A stretch of 64,000 nucleotides of DNA from the IMG/VR virus record IMGVR_UViG_3300045988_062804; one strand, written 5' to 3'. The notes beneath the pieces are model-generated. The model saw nothing but the letters and a program-made list of their open reading frames with translations. It was not told where the DNA came from and ran no database searches. The DNA comes from a virus. Shown here one piece after another: positions 40,675-50,212 of this stretch. Each line of letters opens with the position of its first letter. Position 1 is the stretch's first letter. A program made the position numbers and the translations under genes.

Positions 40675-42897
40675 TTATGCGTTTTTAACTTCGTTATTCA
40701 TTTGATTACCATCGAATAATTGAGCATATTCAATGTCTGTTCTCTTAGTATCATTATCAGCATCACTCTGAGATTTGTCTCTTTGAGTCCTGGCATTATA
40801 CCAGTTAATATCAGCTTCATTCTGAACCTTCTGTCTTTCAATCTCCAACTTAGCCTCATTAAGACTTTCAATCTTACCTTGAGCTTGTTGTAGTTGTTGT
40901 TGTAACTTCTGATTCTCTTGTTGTAATTGTTCAAGCTGTTGTTGCATCTGACCCATCTCATTCATCTCCTTCTTCTTCTTAGCAAATGCTTTAGTAACCT
41001 TAGCTTTCAGTTCAGTAAGACTTCTGGCAGTTAAAGCATCAACAATCATATCTGGGTCTAATTGACCACTCTTTATAAGCTCAATAATGATTTGCTGAAC
41101 GTTCTGCATCTCCTTCATAATCTGAGTACTTGGCACAATGTGTACATCGTAATCAGTATGGGTGAAATGCTCTGGTAATGCTGTGAATACCTTTTGTAAC
41201 TTATCTCCAAGAATTAGAGTTCCAGTTAATCCTTTCTTCCATACTATCTTAGCTATATCAAGACAGTCTCTAAGGATGTCTATTGACAATGTATCCATAG
41301 TCTGATAGAATGGTTTAGTAATTGTATAGGAGTTCCTTGCTCCAGCTTCTACATTACTAACAGCATCCTTCTGTTGGATACCATTTAACCTTTCCCTAAA
41401 TACTCCTGTGATAGACGAAGTCTGGTCTTCTACTCTCTGTAATGCTAAGTCAAATGCTTGGATTGTTTGTACTTTAATAGTATCAGTAAATCCAGCAAAT
41501 GAAGTATTGTTATTAAATGCTCTACCTTCTTGACTTGTATCTACTAAGGCTACTCCAGTCTTCTTAAATGCTATCCACTTCTGTATTCTTTCAGTAAGGT
41601 CATCGCCTAATATAGTTGGAAGCATTGATAAGTCTAGCCAGTCTCCATCAGTACCACTATTAGCTAGAATATTATCTCTAAAGTAAGTAATTAAGTCATA
41701 CTTGTCTTGTAGGTGTGCACATTGTAATACTAAAGATTGTGGGACATTATCCCTATTAACCAGATATACACCATTAACAGATAGTCCGCATTTAGTAGGA
41801 GCATCCTTAGTTCTAATTACATTCTCTGATTTACCAGTAAGAACATATATTGACTGTCCTATTCTAACTCCCTCGTACCTATTCTGAACATACTCATCAC
41901 CTTCCTTATCTATGTCAATCCATTCAGTTTCATAGACTGGTAATAGCTTATAGTTGAATGACTCATAAGTATCTGCGGGGAATCCTGGAACAATACCTTT
42001 ACCAGCATCTAATCCAGCACCCTCGCCTTCCATAATAGGTCTACATCCTACTTGATTCTCCATAGCTCTAATATACATATAAGAACTATCAGAGTAATGT
42101 TCATACATATCCTCTAACTCAGCTCTACTCTCATCACTTAGGTCTTTGCCATACTCAACAAGAATCTGCTGTTTAGTCATCCATTTCCTAATCACAACCC
42201 TGTAACTATCCTTTACATAAGGAGATTCAGGGTTTCTATCAACAAATGTGTTTAATGGGTTAAGAACATCAATACTAATATTAGTTCCACTGGCTGATGG
42301 TTTGACCTTATAGAATGAGCATCCAGTAACAAGTAAGTCTAATAACAGTGCCTTTAGTTTATTAGCCAGGTCAGTGTTCCTTGATTGGATTACATACTCA
42401 ATAACGTTTTGTGCAGCTATCTCATAGTCACTAATGAAGTTATTATTAATATCTTCAATTAGCTTCTCTATGTCTGCCTCAACTGAAGCATCACTAACAT
42501 TACCCCCTCCTATAAAGGCTAGAATCTGATTGTTCAAATGCTTCTGTAAGAATGTATAGACTTGCTGACTTATTTCTAACTCCTTCTGTCTAGTAATCTT
42601 GGAGATTGTTTCCTTATCTTTGCAAGATACCTTTGGAAGAATTGGAATGTCTAAATACTCTCCAATTAAAGCATCAACGTGTTTCTTTATAAGAGGAGTG
42701 AACTCAATAGAAGTAGGATTACCTATTCCAAAGTTTTCTTCAAGATACCTAAATTGCTCGGCGTCTCTCTTACCGTTATAATAGTTGTATGCCTTCTGTA
42801 ACTTCCATTTGTTGAAGACTAACTCATTTACAGCTTTGTCAATCTTCTCTATCAAATAATCATCACTTCTTTGCTTTGCACTCATCTTCGTAATCAT
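40675..42897 (-). CDS. putative portal protein
   Basis: 740 aa, next to the terminase large subunit. It has a C-terminal Q-rich coiled coil. Assigned by size and synteny only. Confidence 0.55.
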   Translation of the reverse strand: MITKMSAKQRSDDYLIEKIDKAVNELVFNKWKLQKAYNYYNGKRDAEQFRYLEENFGIGNPTSIEFTPLIKKHVDALIGEYLDIPILPKVSCKDKETISKITRQKELEISQQVYTFLQKHLNNQILAFIGGGNVSDASVEADIEKLIEDINNNFISDYEIAAQNVIEYVIQSRNTDLANKLKALLLDLLVTGCSFYKVKPSASGTNISIDVLNPLNTFVDRNPESPYVKDSYRVVIRKWMTKQQILVEYGKDLSDESRAELEDMYEHYSDSSYMYIRAMENQVGCRPIMEGEGAGLDAGKGIVPGFPADTYESFNYKLLPVYETEWIDIDKEGDEYVQNRYEGVRIGQSIYVLTGKSENVIRTKDAPTKCGLSVNGVYLVNRDNVPQSLVLQCAHLQDKYDLITYFRDNILANSGTDGDWLDLSMLPTILGDDLTERIQKWIAFKKTGVALVDTSQEGRAFNNNTSFAGFTDTIKVQTIQAFDLALQRVEDQTSSITGVFRERLNGIQQKDAVSNVEAGARNSYTITKPFYQTMDTLSIDILRDCLDIAKIVWKKGLTGTLILGDKLQKVFTALPEHFTHTDYDVHIVPSTQIMKEMQNVQQIIIELIKSGQLDPDMIVDALTARSLTELKAKVTKAFAKKKKEMNEMGQMQQQLEQLQQENQKLQQQLQQAQGKIESLNEAKLEIERQKVQNEADINWYNARTQRDKSQSDADNDTKRTDIEYAQLFDGNQMNNEVKNA

Positions 42898-43177
42898 ATA
42901 ATTGTATGGCAGTGAAGTACTTAGTTCTTACTAAGCTTCTCTCCTTTAATTCTTTCTCAATAAACTTCATAAATTCCTCAGCCGTCCCATCACACGCAAT
43001 GGACAATGGCTTCTCATCTTTATTAAGTCCAAGGTCCATTCTATATCCCACGTGCTCAGGTTCCTCACCTGGAAATTTATAAGTGGTTTCGTAAACCTTT
43101 AGGACTCCTTGATACTCTACACAATACAAAGATTTAATTAAATCTCGTATCGCTTGTTCGATGTCCTGTGTCGTCAT
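42863..43177 (-). CDS. hypothetical protein
   Basis: 104-aa ORF that overlaps both the terminase 3' end and the portal 5' end. Confidence 0.4.
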   Translation of the reverse strand: MTTQDIEQAIRDLIKSLYCVEYQGVLKVYETTYKFPGEEPEHVGYRMDLGLNKDEKPLSIACDGTAEEFMKFIEKELKERSLVRTKYFTAIQLYDYEDECKAKK

Positions 43178-45383
43178 AATATTGTGTAGGGAATAAGTTA
43201 AACTTAGGTACTATAGACTGTTTGTCTGGAATAACTCCCTTATGTTTAATGCCATATTCATCAGTCCAGTAACCAAATAGTCTTAGCTTCCTACCCCCAT
43301 TATCAGCTTCCTGTGGTGGAATACCACTTAATTCTTCATCTCCCAGTTCAGCCATACCCATTGCAGCCACAATATCAAACTTTCTCTTATTCTCGTATGA
43401 GTAAGTGATAAGCTCGTTAATCATTGGCTCAAACCACATATTATGACAATAGTCATTGATGTAACAATCAATAAGGTCTAACTGATGTTGAATAACTGCC
43501 TCAGTTGCTGGAGCACCAAATTGTCTACTCTTACCAGCTTGTATATCTGATTGAGTAGCTCTAGGTCTTCTCATTAAGAATCTCTCTTCCTTATGTTTAG
43601 TTCTAAACCAAGTAAGAATACTAATACGAGTAGATTCCAGACAAGCCTTACAGTTATAATATTCCAATATCTTTAAGGTAGTTCTATATGCCTCTTCAAG
43701 GTTGTTAGGTCTGTCCTTGTAGACACAAACATACATTGGTTCTTGTAAACCAAAGCATCTCTTCTTAACTACAACACAGAAGTCTGATGGGTCTCTTGTG
43801 CTATCTGATGTATCATTCATACCCATATCAATACCGTCAATACCAGCTACATACAGATTTCTAAAGTCTGAACCATTCTCACTCTTAATAGGATGTTCAA
43901 TAATGCAAACTTTACCTTTATCACTAGGGATGAACCTTACTCCATTCTTAGCTTCCTCTGAATGTACATTGTTTTGGAATGTATATTCTAATTGTCCCCA
44001 TTTAGGCTTTAACTCTTGTGGAGTAATCTTATGTAATTTAATTGCAGCTAACTGTTCTGTTAATAATACAGTATTGAACTGATTATCACCTTCCAAAGCT
44101 AATGCTTCATCAGGAGTAAAGCAATACTCAGCAGAGTATAGCATTAATCCCTTAGGGTCAGCTAACTTAGTAGCTCTCTTAGCTAAGTAGAACTCTTTAC
44201 CTTTCTCTGGGTCTGTCCATCCTCTATTGTCAACATATCCTGGAGCAGTAACAATAGTATATGCAGGAATGAAATATGCAGTTTCTACATAAGTACCTTC
44301 TTTAGTATAGTTATGTTTATAAGGAAGAACATCATATCCTCTGGGGTCATGGAATGCAGCAGCTACACCTTCTAATGCAGGACCACTATCACCACCTGTA
44401 CCCCAAGCTAGTTTAATACCGAATCTCTGTCCTTGAATATCAATCAAAGCATCACCCTGAATGAAAGCTTTCTTCCAATTTGGCCACGAACCGCTTTCTT
44501 CGTACATCAGAATATCAGTACGGTCACCTCTAATCTTATTAGGCTTATCAGCTGTAATACCTTCAATCTCTGACATCCACCCAGATTCTACACCATCTAC
44601 ATTCTTACTAGAAGCTCTCTTCCATTTAGCTGTGTTGTGAACCTGTCTTAGCTTTCTCATACCATCTTCCGTGTTATCATCTAGGTATGATAATTGCATC
44701 CAGCACTTACTAAGGGTATCATCAACATAACCTTCCTGCTGTGCAGCTACTACTCCTCTGAAGTGTGGTCTTGTTATATAACCATTAATAAGGATGGCAG
44801 CAGCTATTTCTGAGAATCCAACACCTCTGGCTTTTAATCCAATGGCATTCTTTCTCAATACTTTACATAGCTCTATGTAATGGAAGTACTCATATTGTTT
44901 TACGAAGAAATTCGGGAAGTCTACTGAACGACCACCACCAGCTTTAGTAGCAGAAGATAGATTAGGCAACTGGTAGTAATTTATAAAATAATAATTATCA
45001 CCAGTAATAGTATAACCATTAACAGTCATACCATTTCTACATCTATCATATTCCTGGTCCCAGAACTCACCATAAGCCTTACCAAACATTGGTTCATTGC
45101 AGTATTTACCAGTAGCAGCCTTAGTTCGTCTAGCTTCCATAAACCATTCTGGGTCAAAGTCTAATCCTCTTGTACCATCAATAGGTCTATAACCAGTAAG
45201 TTCATAAGATAGATTAGAGTCAAAATAGTCTATTGGGTCTCCAATCCTAACATCCCACCCAAATTCTGTGAGCTTCTGTTCTAGTATTCCAGTAGTTTCC
45301 CCTACCTCAGTAACCTTTTCAACTAAGACCTGGACGGTAGGGGACTCTGGTAATTTATTCTTAGGTTTCCTTCCACGTGCCAT
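43134..45383 (-). CDS. terL: terminase large subunit
   Basis: 749 aa. It has a P-loop-like stretch KARGVGFSEIAA and a Walker-B-like stretch DILMYEESGSW. The C-terminal nuclease-like acidic motifs are YVAGIDGIDMG and DIVAAMGMAE. It is adjacent to the putative portal. Confidence 0.7.
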   Translation of the reverse strand: MARGRKPKNKLPESPTVQVLVEKVTEVGETTGILEQKLTEFGWDVRIGDPIDYFDSNLSYELTGYRPIDGTRGLDFDPEWFMEARRTKAATGKYCNEPMFGKAYGEFWDQEYDRCRNGMTVNGYTITGDNYYFINYYQLPNLSSATKAGGGRSVDFPNFFVKQYEYFHYIELCKVLRKNAIGLKARGVGFSEIAAAILINGYITRPHFRGVVAAQQEGYVDDTLSKCWMQLSYLDDNTEDGMRKLRQVHNTAKWKRASSKNVDGVESGWMSEIEGITADKPNKIRGDRTDILMYEESGSWPNWKKAFIQGDALIDIQGQRFGIKLAWGTGGDSGPALEGVAAAFHDPRGYDVLPYKHNYTKEGTYVETAYFIPAYTIVTAPGYVDNRGWTDPEKGKEFYLAKRATKLADPKGLMLYSAEYCFTPDEALALEGDNQFNTVLLTEQLAAIKLHKITPQELKPKWGQLEYTFQNNVHSEEAKNGVRFIPSDKGKVCIIEHPIKSENGSDFRNLYVAGIDGIDMGMNDTSDSTRDPSDFCVVVKKRCFGLQEPMYVCVYKDRPNNLEEAYRTTLKILEYYNCKACLESTRISILTWFRTKHKEERFLMRRPRATQSDIQAGKSRQFGAPATEAVIQHQLDLIDCYINDYCHNMWFEPMINELITYSYENKRKFDIVAAMGMAELGDEELSGIPPQEADNGGRKLRLFGYWTDEYGIKHKGVIPDKQSIVPKFNLFPTQYYDDTGHRTSDTRFN

Positions 45384-45384
45384 A

Positions 45385-45972
45385 TTACTTTAGTTTTGGT
45401 ACATATCCCTCAACAGCACCAGCACGAAGACCTGTAGCAGCTTTCTGTTTCTTCTTAATACGGGCTTCTAAGGCATCTAATTCATCTAATACCTTAGATA
45501 TAGATGACATTTCACCAATAACATCTTTAGCCTTAAAGATTGGCTTACCAGTGATTGGGTCTCTTTCTTGTAAATCTGAACCCTCATTGAAATAATCAAT
45601 TAGTTCATCTACCTTATTCTGAGCTGCCCTTATTAACTTAATGTCTCTTGCTGATTCTTGTATCTCTCTATATTTCCTACATGCTGCCCTAAACAGAGGG
45701 TCGTTAAACTCCTCTTCTGTAATACCACTATCCTGCTTAGCAGCCTCATTACGTTCTGCTTCAGTAAATTGTGAGTAGTGTGATTGCCAATCAATCATTA
45801 GGTACATATAGGTAAACTCTTTGAATGCTCTTAGTTTCTTAGTACCCTTTGGGTCTTCCTTACTGATATTTCTATCATTAGTCCACAGCTCAGCGAACTC
45901 CTTAATAAGGAGAATCTCTGGCTCATTTAATCGCAATTCATGATTTACATTATCATATAGAAATATTGTCAT
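45385..45972 (-). CDS. hypothetical protein (small terminase subunit candidate, by position only)
   Basis: 195-aa helical ORF immediately upstream of terL. Confidence 0.3.
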   Translation of the reverse strand: MTIFLYDNVNHELRLNEPEILLIKEFAELWTNDRNISKEDPKGTKKLRAFKEFTYMYLMIDWQSHYSQFTEAERNEAAKQDSGITEEEFNDPLFRAACRKYREIQESARDIKLIRAAQNKVDELIDYFNEGSDLQERDPITGKPIFKAKDVIGEMSSISKVLDELDALEARIKKKQKAATGLRAGAVEGYVPKLK

Positions 45973-45977
45973 AATAA

Positions 45978-46652
45978 TTACTGTTTAATTATACGTCTTT
46001 GGACTGTTCCTCCGAAGTAATTCTTACCAATTCCTTTGTTTTTAACTACATGAGCACCTTCTCCGCCTCTACCATTCTCTTGGTCTTTTAGGTCAACTTT
46101 AACTTTCTCGTTATGGGGAAGTTTCTTGTAGTCAGCTGGTGTCATCTTTTTATAAGGAAGTTTCTTATTACTAACATTGTATACTCCTTTACTAGTGTGT
46201 ACGGTATCAGTCTTATTAACTGTAGCTCCCTTTTGGTCTTTAGGTACTGACCAAGAGTTATCTACGGTTCCACCCATATTCTTCTTAACTCTCTTCTTAG
46301 CTTTACCTCCACACTTATCCTTAAATATATCTACTACTTTAGCACCCTCAGCTTTCTTCTTACATTTAACACAGCCTCCAGCCATATACTTCTCAACCTC
46401 GTATCCTTCTGGGCACTCACCTCTAAGGGTTTGAACATAACTTAACTTGGCTCCTAATTTAGCCATTGAAATTTGATTACCTTCCATTGCTTTGTATTGT
46501 TTATAAAACTCTTTTAAATCGTTCTCTGATAGCTGTGCTACTTTGTTCTCAAAGTCCGCTGCATCTTTAGGGTTTAGGACTTTAATAAGATAGGCAGTGA
46601 ACGCTTGTTGTTCTTCGTTCATCTGCCCACCCTGTTGAAACATACTTATCAT
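45978..46652 (-). CDS. hypothetical Lys-rich protein
   Basis: 224-aa ORF. It is very basic and starts MISMFQQGG. Confidence 0.5.
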   Translation of the reverse strand: MISMFQQGGQMNEEQQAFTAYLIKVLNPKDAADFENKVAQLSENDLKEFYKQYKAMEGNQISMAKLGAKLSYVQTLRGECPEGYEVEKYMAGGCVKCKKKAEGAKVVDIFKDKCGGKAKKRVKKNMGGTVDNSWSVPKDQKGATVNKTDTVHTSKGVYNVSNKKLPYKKMTPADYKKLPHNEKVKVDLKDQENGRGGEGAHVVKNKGIGKNYFGGTVQRRIIKQ

Positions 46653-46876
46653 ACTTTAACTAAATCCTTAGTATTGTAGATAGCTTCCTGCAAAACTCCT
46701 TCTGTAGAGAACCATCTACATCTAATACCTTTAAAATAATCTTCTGTTACGTTTGGAACACCATGAGTTCTAATATTCATAGTCTCCTTCTTAACCACAA
46801 TCATTACAGGCTTGTTAGGTATATCTTGCTTAAGAGTTACTACCTCACCTGGCATAAAATAAACTTTCTCTTCCAT
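46649..46876 (-). CDS. hypothetical protein
   Basis: 75-aa ORF overlapping both neighbours. Confidence 0.45.
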   Translation of the reverse strand: MEEKVYFMPGEVVTLKQDIPNKPVMIVVKKETMNIRTHGVPNVTEDYFKGIRCRWFSTEGVLQEAIYNTKDLVKV

Positions 46877-47499
46877 TATGCATTATCACTTTTAAATTCC
46901 TTTGTATATCTATCTTTTAATCCAGAATTAACTACTACTTGAACTTGAGGTTCTGCTACAACTTCAAATCCTTGTCCGAAGAATGGAATAGGAACTCCAC
47001 AAGCTCTTCTATAGTAAATAATATCACCTTCCTTTACGAATTTACATAAGGGACTAGCCTCTATTACTAATGCTTGAACTGATAGGTTCTCCTCTTGGTC
47101 CATTTCTCCTGAATCAGGATTCTTAAATGTACCAGTATATTCTGGAAGTATCAACCCTGACTCTGTTACCTTCATCTTTTGGAATGGGTTCTTAGCATAA
47201 GGTTGTACTAGTATATAACTGTTGATGGGGACAATTTGTAAGTCCTTCATCTTCTCATCCATCATCTTAGCGTGTCTTTCCTGCTCATCAATTTTAGCAT
47301 TCCATTCTGCTCTAGCTTCTTCAACTTGTTCATTGAACTTTACTTTAGCATCCTGTTTAGCCATTTCAGCTACAGTAGGAGACATAATAAATACTTCTCC
47401 ATTACCCATTAAACTATTCTTACCATTAGCATCTCCTCTAACCAATTGATTCTTTGTCTTTAATACTGCTTCTACTGTACTTAAACTATTCATACTCAT
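46876..47499 (-). CDS. GroES/Cpn10-like co-chaperonin domain protein with N-terminal coiled-coil extension
   Basis: The C-terminal ~110 aa (IVPINSYILVQPY...VTESGLILPE...VKEGDIIYY...) follow the GroES/gp31 pattern (hPh.D+VLV ... T.sGIhLP ... VK.GD.Vhf). Confidence 0.45.
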   Translation of the reverse strand: MSMNSLSTVEAVLKTKNQLVRGDANGKNSLMGNGEVFIMSPTVAEMAKQDAKVKFNEQVEEARAEWNAKIDEQERHAKMMDEKMKDLQIVPINSYILVQPYAKNPFQKMKVTESGLILPEYTGTFKNPDSGEMDQEENLSVQALVIEASPLCKFVKEGDIIYYRRACGVPIPFFGQGFEVVAEPQVQVVVNSGLKDRYTKEFKSDNA

Positions 47500-47511
47500 T
47501 AAAAATTAAAT

Positions 47512-47784
47512 TTACCATTTTCCTATAGGACACGTCGCAGTAGGCAAAGTTGTTTTAGCTCTTAACCTGCACCCACATCCATTAATATAACCATCTTTCT
47601 TCTCTGTACTTATATCTTCATTATCGGGGTTTACCCATAACTTACTGTTACATATCTCCCCCAATACTACACTCTTCTTGTAGAGTTTACATCCTTTACA
47701 CAAACGGATGCGGGCTTCTGATATATTCTTATTAAGCCCAAGCATCTCGTTAGTGTGTCCATTTAAAATAGCACCAAGACCCAT
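47512..47784 (-). CDS. hypothetical Cys-rich (zinc-binding?) protein
   Basis: 90 aa with CKGCKLY...C...GCGCRLRAK...CPIGKW. Confidence 0.45.
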   Translation of the reverse strand: MGLGAILNGHTNEMLGLNKNISEARIRLCKGCKLYKKSVVLGEICNSKLWVNPDNEDISTEKKDGYINGCGCRLRAKTTLPTATCPIGKW

Positions 47785-47857
47785 ATTATTCTATTTAGTT
47801 CATAAAGTTGCTAATATCTCAAACCTAGTTGTTTGAAAGATACTCATATAGGTATTG

Positions 47858-48775
47858 TTAGAATTCTATAGGTCTTCTGCTATTCTTTCTGGCTTCTAAT
47901 ATAGCTTCCTTCTTATAGAACCTACACATTCTTTCCACATCATCCTTCAGATAGTCAAGCTCATGTTCTGTAACATTGCCTTGATGGTCGTAATGTATAA
48001 GTATTAATTTCTTAACGACGAACTTAGGGTTTAGCTTCTGAAGCATCCAGGCATAAGTTGATAACTGTAATGCATAGTGCATCTTGTTACAATCCATAAT
48101 GTTATTCATAGGATACTTCATCATTTGACACTTCTTTGTTCTCTTATCAAAGAATGACTTATCATCCAATTTCTTATTAGTCTTATAGTCTATGATATAG
48201 ATGTCATTGCCGTCCTTAATTAGTAAGTCGATCTGACCTGCTAATCTAAACTTACCATCATCTGACTTTCTATATATCATATACTCAGGGAATACTCCCT
48301 TCTCAATGTCAAGTAAATCCTTATTGCGCTCCATTAATGAGTCATTAGTATTTACTTCAAACTTACCTCCAAGTCCAAACTTTCTTAATTCACATTGCTT
48401 CTTAGAAGTATAATTGCCTTCTAATTCTGCATGAATTTTAGAACCCCTTTCGCAGGATTCAGCATTAGTCTTCTGCCACTCATCTAAAATATCTTGTTGA
48501 GCTTTATTGTAATCATTAACAGTAAACCCATACATATCGCAGAAGTATTTAACATCTATCTTATGTGTGTTTAGTAGCTGAGACTTCTCAGCCTTAAATT
48601 CGTCTGCTGATAATAACTTCTCTAATGCTTTATAGCCTGACCAGAAATCCTTATCAAAATCTTGGCAGAATTTGCCAATTAATGTTGTTACTGATACATA
48701 TACTCCATTTTCATCCCAGTACATATGCTTCTCATCGTTGTAGCAAACGTTCTGGTTCCGCTTGTCCACTTTCAT
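47858..48775 (-). CDS. PD-(D/E)XK family nuclease (RecB/Cas4-like exonuclease)
   Basis: Contains GQIDLLIKDGNDIYIIDYKTNKK (D...D-Y-K core) followed by YALQLSTYAWML (QhxxY motif). Confidence 0.7.
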   Translation of the reverse strand: MKVDKRNQNVCYNDEKHMYWDENGVYVSVTTLIGKFCQDFDKDFWSGYKALEKLLSADEFKAEKSQLLNTHKIDVKYFCDMYGFTVNDYNKAQQDILDEWQKTNAESCERGSKIHAELEGNYTSKKQCELRKFGLGGKFEVNTNDSLMERNKDLLDIEKGVFPEYMIYRKSDDGKFRLAGQIDLLIKDGNDIYIIDYKTNKKLDDKSFFDKRTKKCQMMKYPMNNIMDCNKMHYALQLSTYAWMLQKLNPKFVVKKLILIHYDHQGNVTEHELDYLKDDVERMCRFYKKEAILEARKNSRRPIEF

Positions 48776-49469
48776 ATAGCCTTTTAAATTTATCCTTTAC
48801 TGAATTATAATCTAACCATGTTGTAAGAGGTTGAAGAGATGGGGCTATTATAGATTGATAATATCCCAGGTAATATTCCTTCTTAATAGGATAGATAACC
48901 ACAAGCATTCCTACAGGTCCGTCTACTCCAGATAGCCTATAGAAGGCAGCTGACTTAGCATTGCTACGTTGTAACAACTCTACTAAGTTGGGCAGACTTG
49001 TGCTATATTGTTGAATACTATCCATTCTTAAAGACTTATTCTCATTTATCTTTTCAATCTCATCTCCATAGTTTGTATATTCTAGCTCCTTCCATATTCT
49101 TAAACAGCTCTTAGTATCCAGACCTCTCTTCTTCTCAGTTAGTGCTGTAAGGTATCTATACGATAATCCATGAGTACTAACCAAGGAATTGTGATAATTC
49201 AATAGGATAACATTAGACGCATCCTTGTCCTGTACCAATATTCTTTCAATGCATTCATTAATAGAAGGGGAGATTATCTTTGTATATTCCTCAGCGAGGT
49301 ACTTTTCCTGCTGGACTTGTTCAGTATAATCTTGTAAGATAAGTTTCGTATGACCTCTAAAACTAGTTTCCACTACTATTACTGATAAAACTATAATAAT
49401 GATAGTCTTAACGTTTGGACCTAAGTTATTAATCCAGCCATAAATTGCTTCTAGTCTACTTAACGACAT
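48732..49469 (-). CDS. hypothetical membrane-anchored protein
   Basis: 245 aa with an N-terminal TM helix (VKTIIIIVLSVIVV). It is the first gene of the long minus-strand module. Confidence 0.5.
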   Translation of the reverse strand: MSLSRLEAIYGWINNLGPNVKTIIIIVLSVIVVETSFRGHTKLILQDYTEQVQQEKYLAEEYTKIISPSINECIERILVQDKDASNVILLNYHNSLVSTHGLSYRYLTALTEKKRGLDTKSCLRIWKELEYTNYGDEIEKINENKSLRMDSIQQYSTSLPNLVELLQRSNAKSAAFYRLSGVDGPVGMLVVIYPIKKEYYLGYYQSIIAPSLQPLTTWLDYNSVKDKFKRLYESGQAEPERLLQR

Positions 49470-49576
49470 TAATCTATTTCCTTTAATTGTTGAATGTTAG
49501 TCTGTCTGAAATTAAACTCTAATTCATTTTCATCAATCCATTATTTATAATTTACTACCTTTCATTTGATAATGTG

Positions 49577-49584
49577 CAAATTTA
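49577..49584 (-). promoter_or_regulatory. Bacteroidota-type -7 box (TAAATTTG) for the minus-strand late module
   Basis: Minus-strand TAAATTTG in the divergent intergenic region 49470..49630. Confidence 0.35.
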
Positions 49585-49588
49585 GCTT

Positions 49589-49596
49589 TAATTTTG
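49589..49596 (+). promoter_or_regulatory. Bacteroidota-type -7 box (TAATTTTG) for the plus-strand block
   Basis: Plus-strand TAATTTTG about 35 nt upstream of the ATG at 49631. Confidence 0.4.
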
Positions 49597-49630
49597 TAAA
49601 TAAAAAAATGAAACATAAACTTATTTAATT

Positions 49631-49930
49631 ATGGAACTAAATCAGAAAGAATTGAAGGCAATGTACGTCTCTTTAAGGGAAATGTGCAGTAATGTAGATT
49701 GTGGGGGTATTCCTATGTTTAGACAGGGAAGTAAGTTAATACCAAGATGTAAGAATGGAAGTGGTATCCATATTAAGAAAGAGAATAGAGGTAAGTTTAC
49801 AGCATCAGCTAAGAAAGCTGGACAAAGTGTTCAAGAACATGCACGTTCTGTACTTAATAATCCTAATGCTACTCCATTACAGAAGAAGAGAGCTAATTTC
49901 GCTAGGAATGCAGCTAAGTGGCATCATTAA
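49631..49930 (+). CDS. hypothetical basic protein
   Basis: 99 aa. Contains RGKFTASAKKAGQSVQEHARSVLNNPNATPLQKKRANFARNAAKW, a helical basic motif. Confidence 0.5.
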   Translation: MELNQKELKAMYVSLREMCSNVDCGGIPMFRQGSKLIPRCKNGSGIHIKKENRGKFTASAKKAGQSVQEHARSVLNNPNATPLQKKRANFARNAAKWHH

Positions 49931-49939
49931 TGATTAATT

Positions 49940-50212
49940 ATGACAGAGAATGCTGAAACAGCTAAAATTAACAAAAGTTTATTAAGGGAGAGGAAGAAAG
50001 AATGTTGTATATGTGGGGAGACTACTTACTGCTGCTTAGAGTTACATCATATAAGGAATAAACTCTATACAATATCCAGAGCAGTTAAGAACCTTCCCAC
50101 TCCTCTTTTTATAAAGGAGATGAATAAATGTATAGTAGTTTGCTCAAACTGCCACAAGAAACTACATAATAATATTATTAGATATGAGGATAAAGAAGTT
50201 ACAGGAAGGTAA
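49940..50212 (+). CDS. HNH endonuclease
   Basis: 90 aa with CCICG...LELHHI...CSNCHKKLHN (Cys4 zinc plus the HNH core). Confidence 0.75.
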   Translation: MTENAETAKINKSLLRERKKECCICGETTYCCLELHHIRNKLYTISRAVKNLPTPLFIKEMNKCIVVCSNCHKKLHNNIIRYEDKEVTGR

